Shown here one piece after another: positions 34,018-45,084 of a stretch of DNA of 64,000 bases. The stretch covers positions 1 through 64,000 of the forward strand of contig JAVECO010000099.1 of assembly GCA_051942205.1 (NCBI GenBank), in the 5' to 3' direction. Each line of letters starts with the position of its first letter. Position 1 is the first letter of the stretch. Below the pieces are notes generated by a model, which saw nothing but the letters and a program-made list of their open reading frames with translations, was not told where the DNA came from and ran no database searches. Made by a program: the position numbers and the translations under genes. The DNA is from Coniocarpon cinnabarinum. Its lineage: Eukaryota.

Positions 34018-36027
34018 TTATGTGAGACACCCGCGGCTAACCCACTTGGGCTTTATGGTTAGACAATTTGGACAGCGAACTTTGAGTAGGGAATGAAAGT
34101 CTGGCACATAATACAAGGCCAGCGCAGTTGGCCTGAGCTCTAGCAACAAAAGCAAAGACTTTGTCCGTCGCAGCATGTATGTGCGCGTCCGAAGGCCTCT
34201 GCTCGACATCTCCCGGCCGTTTCGAGCATTTCACCAACAATGAAATGTTCTTGATAGGCGGTCAAGATCATCTCACAGCTCTGTGTCACTCGTCTGCTCA
34301 AAGTCGCTGGTCACAAGGCCGATTCGATCGTTTAAAGATCCGGGAATAACGACGTAAGAGTCTTTCGGGATGTCCCTCATCAGTATCTGTCGACGCGAAT
34401 AGAAGCTTCAGCTCCGTCATAACTCACTCACTTACAGATGCTGGCGGTGTGGACCCTTAGTGTCTCTTTCATGAAACTGCCCATCTTGTGAAATTTGCCC
34501 AAGCCTTGTCGGACTTTGATTTGTCTTTGATTGCCAGTGTCTCCTCACGAAGCTCTTTTGTGACTTGTTGGTAGGCAGCAAGGCTTAGCACGATCCCGTG
34601 AAGCAGTCGCACGTGAATTTGCAGCCTTTAGATGAGTGGCGAGAGGATGTTACCACGAGGGCAACGCTCTGTATTCTAGCAAACTTGAGTCTGACGAAAT
34701 AGATCCCTGGATTATGGAGATCATGCTTGCGTGTTGGTCCTGTCGTCTTGACATAGTAATTGACGAAGTTTGCCCGCTCGGAGCTACGGCTGATGCCGTC
34801 GTTCTCAAGGCAACGCTAATGATTACATTAGAGTATTTCTATCCCCATTGGCATTCAGAGGTCCCGTACCTGATGAAGGGGCCCTAAGAACTGTTCGAGC
34901 TCTTTTTGGCTGGCTTTAAATGTACGGACGTCTTTGATCATTGGGGCCGCAAAACATCTCAACGGTCCTGGATACTGACCAAGGGCTTGTGCAGTCTTGC
35001 CAATCGTCATGCCAATCGTCATGCCAATCATCATGCCAATCGTTGAGCATGATTTCAACTCAGGCGAAATGATCAGTGTTTGAGACATCGTTTCGTATCG
35101 GAGCTTCCTACCCAGGCTTCGTTTCTTGTAACCTCTGAATCAATATAAATTCGCTGAAATACTCTTGCGGCAAGCTAAGGACCAAAAGCGAATGCGCCAA
35201 ATTATTTCGTGTCTGTGCCGTGCCGATACGCCAATCGAAACACCTGCACAGTAACATTCTAAGCACCCCTAGACTGTCGCCGACCTCTGTGGCAAGTGCA
35301 TAATAGCTCGCTGTACGGTAGGGGCAGAGTCTTCGATATGTTGCGCGTCAAAGGTGCCTTTGCATAGGATGTACCAATCAGGTAAGAGTCCCCTGGTACA
35401 TAATCAGCCATAAATCCTTTGCTAGTACCCGCATAAGACACGACTGACCTTGCTCATGTGGATTGTTGCTGCCAAAGCCGGTATATTTGAATCTGTGTCT
35501 CTGCCCGTGCCGTTCAAATTAGACATCGCCATACCGGCCCATTGACTCGTCGTATAGATTTTCGCTCGGAGCTGTTTCAGGGCATGAGTTTACGAGCGAT
35601 ACATTCAGTTAACAACGTGCTTTGACAAACAGGCCTGACCATCTGAAAGCCAAGCGTACTCAGGTTTGAGATTAAATGGCACAACGATGGTGCGGCGGCC
35701 TGGCAGCTCAAGCGCGTAAGCTCGATTGGGATGCTATCATAGGTTTTGTATTAGTCTATGCCGTTCCTAGGTGCTCTACAGCTCGTCACGCACATTCAAA
35801 TATTGATGCCTGAGGACGTCGCGCAAGTCATCACGTTGACAATGCCCACGAGCTGCAATGCGGCTTTCCTCGGAAGCAGACCCTCGTCTGCGAGTGGCGA
35901 AAGCGATTACCAAGCCAATCATCAAGGACAGAGCAGCGGGTAAATATTCGTGGCAAGCTGTCTTGCGAGAGTATTGGATCCAATCTCCATTACGAAAGGT
36001 TTGGAACAGTGGTAATGCTGTGTGCAT
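34018..36027 (-). pseudogene. Degenerate cytochrome P450 (ent-kaurene-oxidase-like / CYP512-CYP68-type) pseudogene
   Basis: Ordered fragments on the minus strand: TM anchor LPAALSLMIGLVIAF, HPNRAYALELPGRRTIVVP, FKYTGFG, LTRNISKTLP, ARVFQRIYIDSEVTRNEAW, ALGQYPGPLRCFAAP, FARIQSV, LSLAAYQQVTKELREE, frameshift near 34504, LGKFHKMGSFMKETLRVH (ExxR), then a scrambled FG..H.C heme region near 34150-34200. Confidence 0.75.
34998..35043. repeat. 12-bp tandem repeat (TGCCAATCRTCA) x ~3.8 inside the P450 relic
   Basis: tgccaatcgtca tgccaatcgtca tgccaatcatca tgccaatcgt. Confidence 0.85.
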
Positions 36028-36586
36028 GAATAAGAACGCCCAAAGTAAGCCTACGTAACAATTTTAGAAGGGGACTACCATGTAATAATGGCGTCTACGA
36101 AAGTTCATGCAATCTTGTTGGATAGCTGTTTGATGAGGAGAAGGAAGAGTGAACACAAGCTGGACAGAAAAGCTGATGGGAGTTTTTGACTAGTGCTTTG
36201 TCGAGGTGTCGGCTGCAGCAACTACGCCGCAACCAGCTCTTTTTGTGAAAAAGTGATTCATGCATCTTTTTCAGAATGCCACGGCAAACAGCCTTGCCTG
36301 AAAGAGCCGAATCTAAGCATTCAAGCTAGTCATGCACGAATAGACGTCCTTCATCCAAGAAAGTCGCAGCGAATGAGTTGGCATTAAAGCCCCTGACATC
36401 TTCGTGCAATATTGGATTCTTTGCGAAAACTGTCTGCCGTTGAGAAGCTTCTCGAAAGCAGGACAGTGGAGGAAAATTGCGGCCATGAGCGACTGTGAAA
36501 GCGATTGACTTTGGGCGATGTTTCCCGACGACACCCAAGGCCAACAGTTTCGTTTGAGCCTTCGTCGTAAAATGCGTTCCCATTGT

Positions 36587-37246
36587 CTAGTCCATGTTCA
36601 CGTCAAAGCTCGTTCCACATCCACAACTGCTGCTCGCGCGCGGATTGCCAGTAATCTTGAACTGCGATCCAATCAACTCCATAGTGAAATCTATCTTGCT
36701 CCCATGTAGCAGTTCGAGGCTACTCTCATCAAGGACCACTTTCGCACCATTGGCACCTTCAAATACGGTGTCTCCACTGTCTTCAGGTGAGGGATGTTGT
36801 GGATCAGCGTTCAGATCCGAGAGGGACATAAGGTACTGAAAGCCATGGCATCCGCCAGATTCCACTGTCACTCGTAATGCCAGATTGGGATTCTTGTCCT
36901 TTTCGCGGATCTGTGAGAGGCGATGTGCAGCCCGTGGCGTTACTTCCAAAGTCATCTCTTGACCATTTTCGCCGTATCGCGGGTTCAGGAGCGCGGTATG
37001 TTGTTTGGGCATCGAAAGTGATAAATGACGGCGGCCCCCGATGCGCATGGCCAAGCGGCATCCTTCGCAAATGAACGGCCTCGGTCTTGCAGACTGCCCC
37101 TGCGCCAGTAGGAAACGCGGTCGTGAGAAATGCCGCACGACTGGTCGAAGTTGGGGGATCGGTGAGAATGGCGCACCCGGTCGCGCTGTAGCTCTGGTCT
37201 GGCGCGCAAGCCTTCGAGTTGTCTGGGACAGTATTGGACGATCCAT
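36587..37246 (-). CDS. ISA2: Mitochondrial iron-sulfur cluster assembly protein, IscA/HesB family
   Basis: Arg-rich N-terminal presequence; LRVTVESGGCHGFQY; ELIGSQF; SSCGCGTSF. Confidence 0.92.
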   Translation of the reverse strand: MDRPILSQTTRRLARQTRATARPGAPFSPIPQLRPVVRHFSRPRFLLAQGQSARPRPFICEGCRLAMRIGGRRHLSLSMPKQHTALLNPRYGENGQEMTLEVTPRAAHRLSQIREKDKNPNLALRVTVESGGCHGFQYLMSLSDLNADPQHPSPEDSGDTVFEGANGAKVVLDESSLELLHGSKIDFTMELIGSQFKITGNPRASSSCGCGTSFDVNMD

Positions 37247-37858
37247 GTGCTCGAGTTGTATTGAAAGAGATGTTGTTAGATGCTAGACAATTGAATGAGA
37301 TTCACGTGTCTCAATAGGTGGATAGGTGCTCGCGTCAGCATATGACGCCACGCAAAGCCACATCTCGGTGAAAGACGACCCGATGCCCGAGACTTGCCGC
37401 AAAGCACGTGACTTGATTATCTCCTTCTACTTGATTAGAACACCTTTCTATTGACGTTGTTTATAACCTTTTGGTTTATACGGAGCTCCTTTGACAGCGC
37501 GGAAAAGGCCTACAAGGCGATTTTCTTGATGTGGCTCACTCAAATGATATCAAGTATGGTCTTTGTCAAAGTATAAATTTTCTTTTATTTCGTCATCGAA
37601 ATCTTTAGGAGATGCCTACACCTTGTCAGAGCATGGCTCTTGAAGATTATAACGCGCTTCTGTTCTACTGCTTGCGTGTGTAAGAACTGTTATTCTCGGT
37701 ATCTTTTTCTTTTCCTGCAGCTGTAATTCAGTAATGCTTCAGCCCTGTCGTATAGGTAGATGCACACTTTGTTGGTAAAGCGTCTGATTACCTGGCAGAC
37801 TGCACCTCGGCTGGACCCAAGCATCTAATCCTAGCTTTCTCTCAACATAGCCAAAGCA

Positions 37859-39337
37859 ATGGCGCCATCATACGATCCAAGTCCTGCGGAGCTAGATGCA
37901 AGTGACCCCTTATCTGGGTTTCGTAATGAATTTTGGATTCCAACAGCCTTGGAGCTCGACAGTGAGAATGTAGCTCCTAACCATGAGTTGAATGACACTT
38001 CGCACAGCAACCTACATGACCCCGAGCAAGCCACGTACCTCTGTGGCAACTCCCTCGGTCTGCAACCCAAAGCCACATCAGCCTATGTGAACGCACAACT
38101 TCGTCTCTGGCGGAGCAAGGGCGTTTATGGGCATTTCAAGCAGACCAATTCGCTCATACCGCCCTGGGTAGATATCGATGAGGCTGCCCTACAACCCATG
38201 GCCCGCATAGTTGGGGCGCGACCATCGGAAGTAGCGATAATGCAAACGCTCTCTGCGAATCTACATATCTTGATGTCTTCCTTCTACAAACCAGACACCC
38301 ATCGCAACAAGATCCTCATAGAGGCCAAGTCCTTTCCATCCGACCACTTCATTGTAGAATCGCAGCTGAAGCATCATGGTGTTGATCCACATGACGGTAT
38401 TATCCTTCTGCAGCCGCCATCGGCAGACTCGCTCTGCATACCGACCGAGCACACGCTTAAAATGATAGACAGCCACGCTTCCGAGATCGCTTTGATTCTA
38501 TTGCCTGGCATTCAATTTTATACAGGACAATTTTTCGACATCGAACGTATCACCAGACACGCACACGGTCACGGCATTACTATCGGGTGGGACCTTGCTC
38601 ATGCAGTTGGCAATGTTCCTTTGATGCTGCATGAGTGGAATGTTGACTTTGCTGCCTGGTGCAATTACAAGTACATGAACTCAGGCCCTGGCTCCATAGG
38701 GTCGTTGTTCGTTCATTCTCGCCATACAGATAATCACGATATGGGCACCAGCAACAGCGGTCCTCAACCTAAATCTGAACCTCTCGCAAAGTCAGCGGAT
38801 CGATCGAGGCTACAAGGTTGGTGGGGAAGTACCAAGGCGTCCCGGTTCACGATGGACAACGTCTTCGATGCCATGCCCGGAGCAGCAGGCTTCCAGTTGA
38901 GTAATCCCAGTGTGCTGGATATCAGTGCACTGCTGGCTAGCTTAAGCACATTTGGAAAAACCACTGTAGCAGAATTAAGAGCCAAATCGATCCGGCTAAC
39001 AGGATATCTGGAGCAACTTCTCTTTGAGAATACGTCTAAAAATCAGATCACTGACGGGAGTGCTGGCCACTCAGTTCAACATGCCAAGCTCTACAGACTG
39101 ATCACCCCTGATGATCCCGCACAGCGCGGGGCTCAACTAAGCCTACAGCTCGGCACTGGAATGCTGAACAACGTCATGGAGGCCTTGGGAAGGGAGCATG
39201 TGGTCGTCGACGAGCGTAAACCTGATGTCATACGTGTTGCACCGGCCCCACTTTACAATACCTTTCAAGATTGTGAAAGATTTGCACGGGTGTTCGTGAA
39301 GGCGTGTCACGAGGCGGCTGCCACGCAGGGCTCATGA
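37859..39337 (+). CDS. BNA5: Kynureninase (PLP-dependent)
   Basis: YLCGNSLGLQPK, FPSDHF, GWDLAHAVGNVPL, AWCNYKYMNSGPG, GWWG, QRGAQLS, DVIRVAPAPLYN. Confidence 0.97.
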   Translation: MAPSYDPSPAELDASDPLSGFRNEFWIPTALELDSENVAPNHELNDTSHSNLHDPEQATYLCGNSLGLQPKATSAYVNAQLRLWRSKGVYGHFKQTNSLIPPWVDIDEAALQPMARIVGARPSEVAIMQTLSANLHILMSSFYKPDTHRNKILIEAKSFPSDHFIVESQLKHHGVDPHDGIILLQPPSADSLCIPTEHTLKMIDSHASEIALILLPGIQFYTGQFFDIERITRHAHGHGITIGWDLAHAVGNVPLMLHEWNVDFAAWCNYKYMNSGPGSIGSLFVHSRHTDNHDMGTSNSGPQPKSEPLAKSADRSRLQGWWGSTKASRFTMDNVFDAMPGAAGFQLSNPSVLDISALLASLSTFGKTTVAELRAKSIRLTGYLEQLLFENTSKNQITDGSAGHSVQHAKLYRLITPDDPAQRGAQLSLQLGTGMLNNVMEALGREHVVVDERKPDVIRVAPAPLYNTFQDCERFARVFVKACHEAAATQGS

Positions 39338-40546
39338 TCGTCCAATCCAAGACCATAACGATTATCAGTCAGGAAACCGCTGGACGACATTTCTGCTCTG
39401 GCTATATGTTCAAACAATACCAGCACCGCTTCTCCATCACAATAGAGTTTCATACCAACCACAGGTATTCGATAAGGCGAATGTGTCACTGGCACATCCT
39501 CTCCAAGACGAAGTCTAGTCTCTCCACTTATAAATACACTGACTATCATGAACTATCGACTTTTCCAACTCGTTCCTCACGCATTGCCGAGACCTCGCAG
39601 CACTTTGGAAAGCCTATCATCACATTGAACAAAAGTACTTGCTGCGGGGCGATTGGTGCTTTGTGAAACGTGCGCCACTTTCGCCGTCGTGCCCGCAAAT
39701 CTGACTGCTTGGATGTCTTTCACATAAAGGCTTTCTGCCTTGGCATACGCGCCGCTTGATTCCACACGCGGATGTAACATCACCAACGACAGCGATCTAT
39801 GACAATGTGTACTCAGCGTTCTCTCTGTGAGTGAGTTGAGTAGGTCGCTGGGCAACGTGGCAGGCTGTGCCCGTGAGTCGAGAGTTTTATGATTCGAGTA
39901 CTGGCTGCTACCATTCAAGGATGTAAGCAAGAGAGGTCGTAGTCTTTCTCAGAAAGCAAAAGGTCAAGTATGAAGAGGAGCCGGTGGCGTAGGTGACTGG
40001 AGTACCGGCCAGGGATAGAACACCCAGGCAGGCATCTACCAATCTCGCTACCGTCCTCGAGTGCAATTTGGAGCACTTCAAATACATCAAGAGACAGTTT
40101 AGTAGCAAAAAATTATAATACCAAGCGAGTTAACGCAAAGAAAGCGCAAAACGCCAAAGAGTGGCAATGTCACGTGACAGTCCCCAACCCAGTAACCTAG
40201 ATTCCTCACCTGCGCAGAGCTAATATAGACGAGGAGTATCAAAGGGAGCTCGTTATAGATCGCAAAACGGTGATGTATAATCCAAATGAATATGTGCGCC
40301 TGAATGACCCCTCACTTTCACCTCACCACCTGCGCCTTGCGCACATTTGACAAGACAGCGCACACCTTACATGTATCAAATGAGAAGTGACTGATCGCAT
40401 CAGCGCTCAATTCAATGCTCCGGATGCTCAGGATTTTAGAAAAGCTTTTGTCATCAGCACGGTGGTGACATAACCCTCTTCAACAGAGCAGGAACACCGA
40501 CGATGGACGGGGCGAAGAAAGCGACACAGCCACAGATAATGGCAGC

Positions 40547-40726
40547 GATAGCAGTAACAATGGGGACAGCAGTAACAGCGGCGACAGCAGTAACAGCGGC
40601 GACAACAGTAACAGCGGCGACAGCAGTAACAGCGGCGACAGCAGTAACAGCGGCGACAACAGTAACAGCGGCGACAGCAGTAACAGCGGCGACGGCGGTA
40701 ACAGTAGCGACGGCAGTAACAGCAGT
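40547..40726. repeat. 18-bp minisatellite (GACAGCAGTAACAGCGGC) x10
   Basis: Ten consecutive units with degenerate edges; internal AGC,AGC,AAC variant order repeated twice (54-bp higher-order unit). Confidence 0.95.
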
Positions 40727-41835
40727 AGCAGCAGCAGCGGCAGAAAAAGCTGTATACGCAAAAGGAGGCAACAACATGGGCGACGACAGCAGTGAATACA
40801 AATTCCTTCCTTCATTCCCAGCAAAGATGCCAGAGCACAAAAGAAAGAAGCTCGCGCTATTACTTCCAGGACATTCGTCTCACAGGCAGGTCAAGCTGAG
40901 GGCTTAGCCCAACAGTGTCTCCTTAAATCCCTGATCCCGCATGGGAACCCACTGTGCAAGATGTCAGCAAACATGTGTGATGTCAGAATGAGAAAGAGCG
41001 GATGACTTACGGCGTCCCCAGGTCAACCAATTTGGCCGTACTGCGAGCTGAGGAAAAAGAAAAGAAGAGAGGAAGAAAGCTGGGAGCAGGGAACTATTTA
41101 TATGTGAGGAGGCACAAGCACTTGGTGGTTTGGCTAGGCTGAATTCGTCTGTTCGAAGGTGATACAAGTCTGGCGTCAAGATGAAAGGTGATGACAGAAT
41201 GGTTAACTACAGATATCGTCACGACTTGGATTGGATGAATGTGGAGATCTGAGAGGCACATCTGATTTAAAGAGCGTCTCATGATTACGTACAGATGATA
41301 TAAGTAAAAAACCAATGTCAACCAGGGGCTGGCCTCACGAGCGTCATGTCGATCTCGCTTGGCTTCCACTGCGCATTCAGCATGCAAACGAAACATCACG
41401 ACAGATGCCCTGGGGGTGGCAACGGTCATCCACAGTCGTAGACTTTAGATTGTGACTTACATAATGAAGCTTGAGGTAAGCAGGAAAAAGTGGGTCTGCA
41501 ACCTGCTACGTATAAGCTGGTAAGCTTGAGCATACAATGAGGAATCACATGAAAAGCTCTCCCTACAAAGGTGAGCGTCGAAGCTTTGTCACTCTGTCCT
41601 GTGGTCACCAAATTGCTATGACTGAGCCGTTTATGCTCTTTAGTCAGCTTCCTCACTAAGGCACAATTTTTACACTTGAGGACCTTTGTGATCAGTACTT
41701 AAAAAGGCTATGTGAGCGATGCTCGCTGTGTGCGATCACGGCTAGGCAACTTTCTTACAAGTTTTCGCAGCTTCATGAGAAGCTCGTTGGGCCTTCAGAG
41801 ATTGTTCAAATCAGTCTGCACCTCACGTCGTCATA

Positions 41836-44800
41836 ATGTCACAGAAACCGCCTATACGTGGTAAGATATGGGTAAGTCACAACCACCAGAAGCACCCAAG
41901 ACTTGTAAAGGCGCAGATTGTCATAACTCACAAACATACCTCAACATGATCCCATATACTAACTCTCACAAAGGGCAAAGCACACTTTTCTGGGCTAGAC
42001 ATACCGATGTCCAAATATCCTGCAAAATTAGTCTGTGCTCGGTGGGACGGCACGAGGATCGAAATTGGCTCAATATTTCGCAAACACGAGGATGCGAGTT
42101 ACGTGAATGTGGACCTCATCACGATTCAGGAAAAAGATAATGCTTCGGGCATTGCTCTGCGACTTAAGGTAGCGCACAGAGACGAACATGGACAAATTCA
42201 GAGAACTCATATGCATTGGATCGCCAACGCTCTAAATTTCATCGTCGAGAAGTCAGAGGTCGATGAATCAATCATGTTCGGGGATCCAAATGGGGATCTA
42301 ACACAACCAGATTTACGACTTGCCAATCTTTCCGTATCTGACGATACAGCAATGCGCATTTTCATTCGATCTCCCTACAACATGAACACGTCCAATTTGA
42401 TAAATCTCAATCAAAGATTCGGAGACGTAAACGACTGTGTCAATGTCGCAATTAGTCATCTCTGTGGGGGATTAGATATTGAAGTAGAGACGCAATACTC
42501 GTCAAGTTTGATTTCTCAAATCGCGGAGATCAAGGCTCAGATGAAAAGCCAAGTGGACAGCGGCTTCCACCTGAGATGGTTCGATCCAGATAAATACTGC
42601 AGTGATTTGGAGCCAATGCAACCTGCACTGGGGATCTGCTCAGCGAATAGGCGAAGGCCTTATGACAGACCGCCCTGCCCAAGTGTTCACCGGCATCGCT
42701 GGCTTACGAAGACATCATTCACAACTGCAGAAGAGTATTTGCTCGCTGCACTACTTGGTCTCTGCATTGATCATGAGCTAGACATGGCCGAAGCCAGTGA
42801 GCTCGACGGTGTCCTAGCCCAATTTTTTCGAATCAAAGATGATAGCTCAAGACGACGTTTCATTATGCAACTCCCACATCGTCGAGACAGAGACGAAGAC
42901 GAATCGAATGTCACGGTGCGAAAAGATGACACATTTAGTCTCCATTACGAAGACTTGCCGCCCATCCACTGCAAGGTGTCAAGAGCGCGAGTGGAGGAGT
43001 ATGCAGATTTTCTGGAGGGATATATTGATGTTGAACGTGACGACGGCCCTTATGACACTGCGTTGCTAGAAGACAACTTCACCGTTCTGCCTGCAGAGAG
43101 CTTCTCAGCGGTGTCAAATGATCTCCGAAGGGGCCTAGACGTCAAAAACTGCGCCAGAGTTAAAATCCAGCTCAAGCGGTCAGAGACTACCTTCAAGTTT
43201 CAGTACAGCGGTCTCATGCGATGGCAAAATCTTGTGTCTCTTGGCAACCAGGCAGCACAGGAGAAGTGCGGCATTGTACTCGGGAACAGTATTGCTCACC
43301 TGCCAAGGCGGGATCTACTTGGTGGACTCGAGGGTGCTGAGGCTGATCTTGAAACATATAGAGCGCAGGTTGTTGACGCACTCTCCTTGAACCAAGAGCA
43401 AAAGGATGCTTTAGCTCTGTTCCGCAACGCTCCAGGCGGTGTTTGTGTCGTCGACGGCTGCGCAGGCTCTGGAAAGTCGCACCTCATTCGTTGCGTGGCT
43501 CTCATCCACATGTTTAAGAAGAATGCCGCGAGAATTGACGAAACAAATCAATACAGCCAGATCCTGATTCCGGGTGCGACAAACTTTTCATGCAACGCAA
43601 TCGCTTACAATTTTCGGTTTTACTCGCAGCTAGCCAGGAAGGCTCTGAGCTTGGACCAAGATCCCATCATTATACGTGCGTACAAGATCACTATCGAGAC
43701 TGTACTCATCAGGCACGCACGCAAAGTCTTTGAGAAAGTTTGCGTTGACAGCACTCTCGTAGACTTAGTGACCAAATACACGAAGAAGAAGCCGGCCAAG
43801 TTCTATGATATTAGACCTCCGCAAAAGGTCAAAATTCAAAAGGAGATGTCAGTCGGTTGGGTCATGGCAAATTACCTGGGAATTGCGAATGGGATCAAAC
43901 TTCCTCCAAAGCAGAAATCTAGTGAGTGGTACAGTCAGCTTCGAAACACCTTGGTAGGCTATCATAGTCTAAAAATAGACAACAACTATGAGAGCACAAA
44001 ATTAGACAAATTTAAGGATAATCTGATGGAGCTGCTGCAAGAAGTACTTGCTACTGCTCACGTTCTTATCCTAACGACTACGCAAGCTCTGGATTCCGCA
44101 TATTTCCAGAATTACAAGGCAGACATCATGATAGTCGATGAAGCAGGTCAAGTCAGCGACGTCGAATTTGCTGCATTACAAGCCTGCTATCCTCGGGTTG
44201 ACAGATATGTATCGGCCGGAGATTGTCGCCAGCATGGTGTGTTCTCGAAAGACAGGACAGGCAATCCAATGAAGGCCCAGCGCAAGAAGCCGGTACATCA
44301 GCGCCTGCAGCAATTAGGATACCCGACAGCTCGGTTACTTCAGCAGCATCGACTGACCTATGACATTGCCCGTCTGTCGTCTGAAGTTCATTACCGTGGT
44401 GAAATTCGCGGCAACCCAGACACGCGGGAGCGCAAGTGGTCATTGCAAGTGCGCCATTTCAACCACGAGCATTTCGCCACAGACACGAATGTGGTCTTTG
44501 TAGACGTCCACGACACGCATTGCGACAAGTTCCGACGCTCTCGCAGGAACGCGAAGCTGAGTGAGGTGGCTATCAAGCTCATCCAAAAACTTAGCAAGAA
44601 GTTCAGCCCCTCATCTATCCTCCTAGTCTCTCCGTACGCAGGACAGCGGACTTCCCACAACATGAAACTAGAGGAGCTGGCGAAGAAAGACACGCATTTT
44701 GCAGGCGACGAACCGAATCTCTCCAATATCCAGACTGAAACGCTTGACAGTGTACAAGGCGGAGAGAGTTTGATTTGTATTGTAGATCTCACGGTCAACG

Positions 44801-44988
44801 ATGACATCGGCTTCCTCGCAGAGTCTGCTCGGACCCTTGTTGGTTGTTCGAGACCCAGTGATGGCCTGTACATTCTGGGCGATGTCGCCAAGCTCAAGTT
44901 GGTGAAGAATTATGACTCTGAGCCGCTGGGATGTCTAGTGCAACATTGCATAGACAATGGTTACGTCCAAGAATGGCGCGAAGTTTGA
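41836..44988 (+). CDS. Divergent superfamily-1 Upf1/DNA2-like (AAA_11/AAA_12) helicase with unrecognised N-terminal half
   Basis: Q motif LNQEQ, Walker A GCAGSGKS, Walker B IVDEAGQ, motif III GDCRQ, LQQHRL, VSPYAGQ, TLDSVQGGE, motif VI VGCSR. Probable short 5' exon 41836-41871 and intron 41872-41973 (GTAAGT...CTAAC...AAG) in frame with the 42007 ORF. Confidence 0.88.
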
Positions 44989-45084
44989 ACGAGTGGAGGA
45001 GAAGGCACTCACTGGAATTGCATGTGAGTGGTGGCATTAAACCGAAGGAGATTAGTAGGGAGGGAAGTGCCGCTGCGGGCTTAC

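Noticed and set aside
39577..39930. GAYAKAESLY resembling a TPR of fungal NLR proteins
   Set aside because: Single short match, not repeated, with no NACHT or NB-ARC sequence nearby.
40454..40907. ORFs of 114-134 aa across the minisatellite (antifreeze-like TAVTAA or Leu-rich), and possible CRISPR-like array
   Set aside because: Open frames are a by-product of the 18-bp repeat; there are no unique spacers and the context is eukaryotic.
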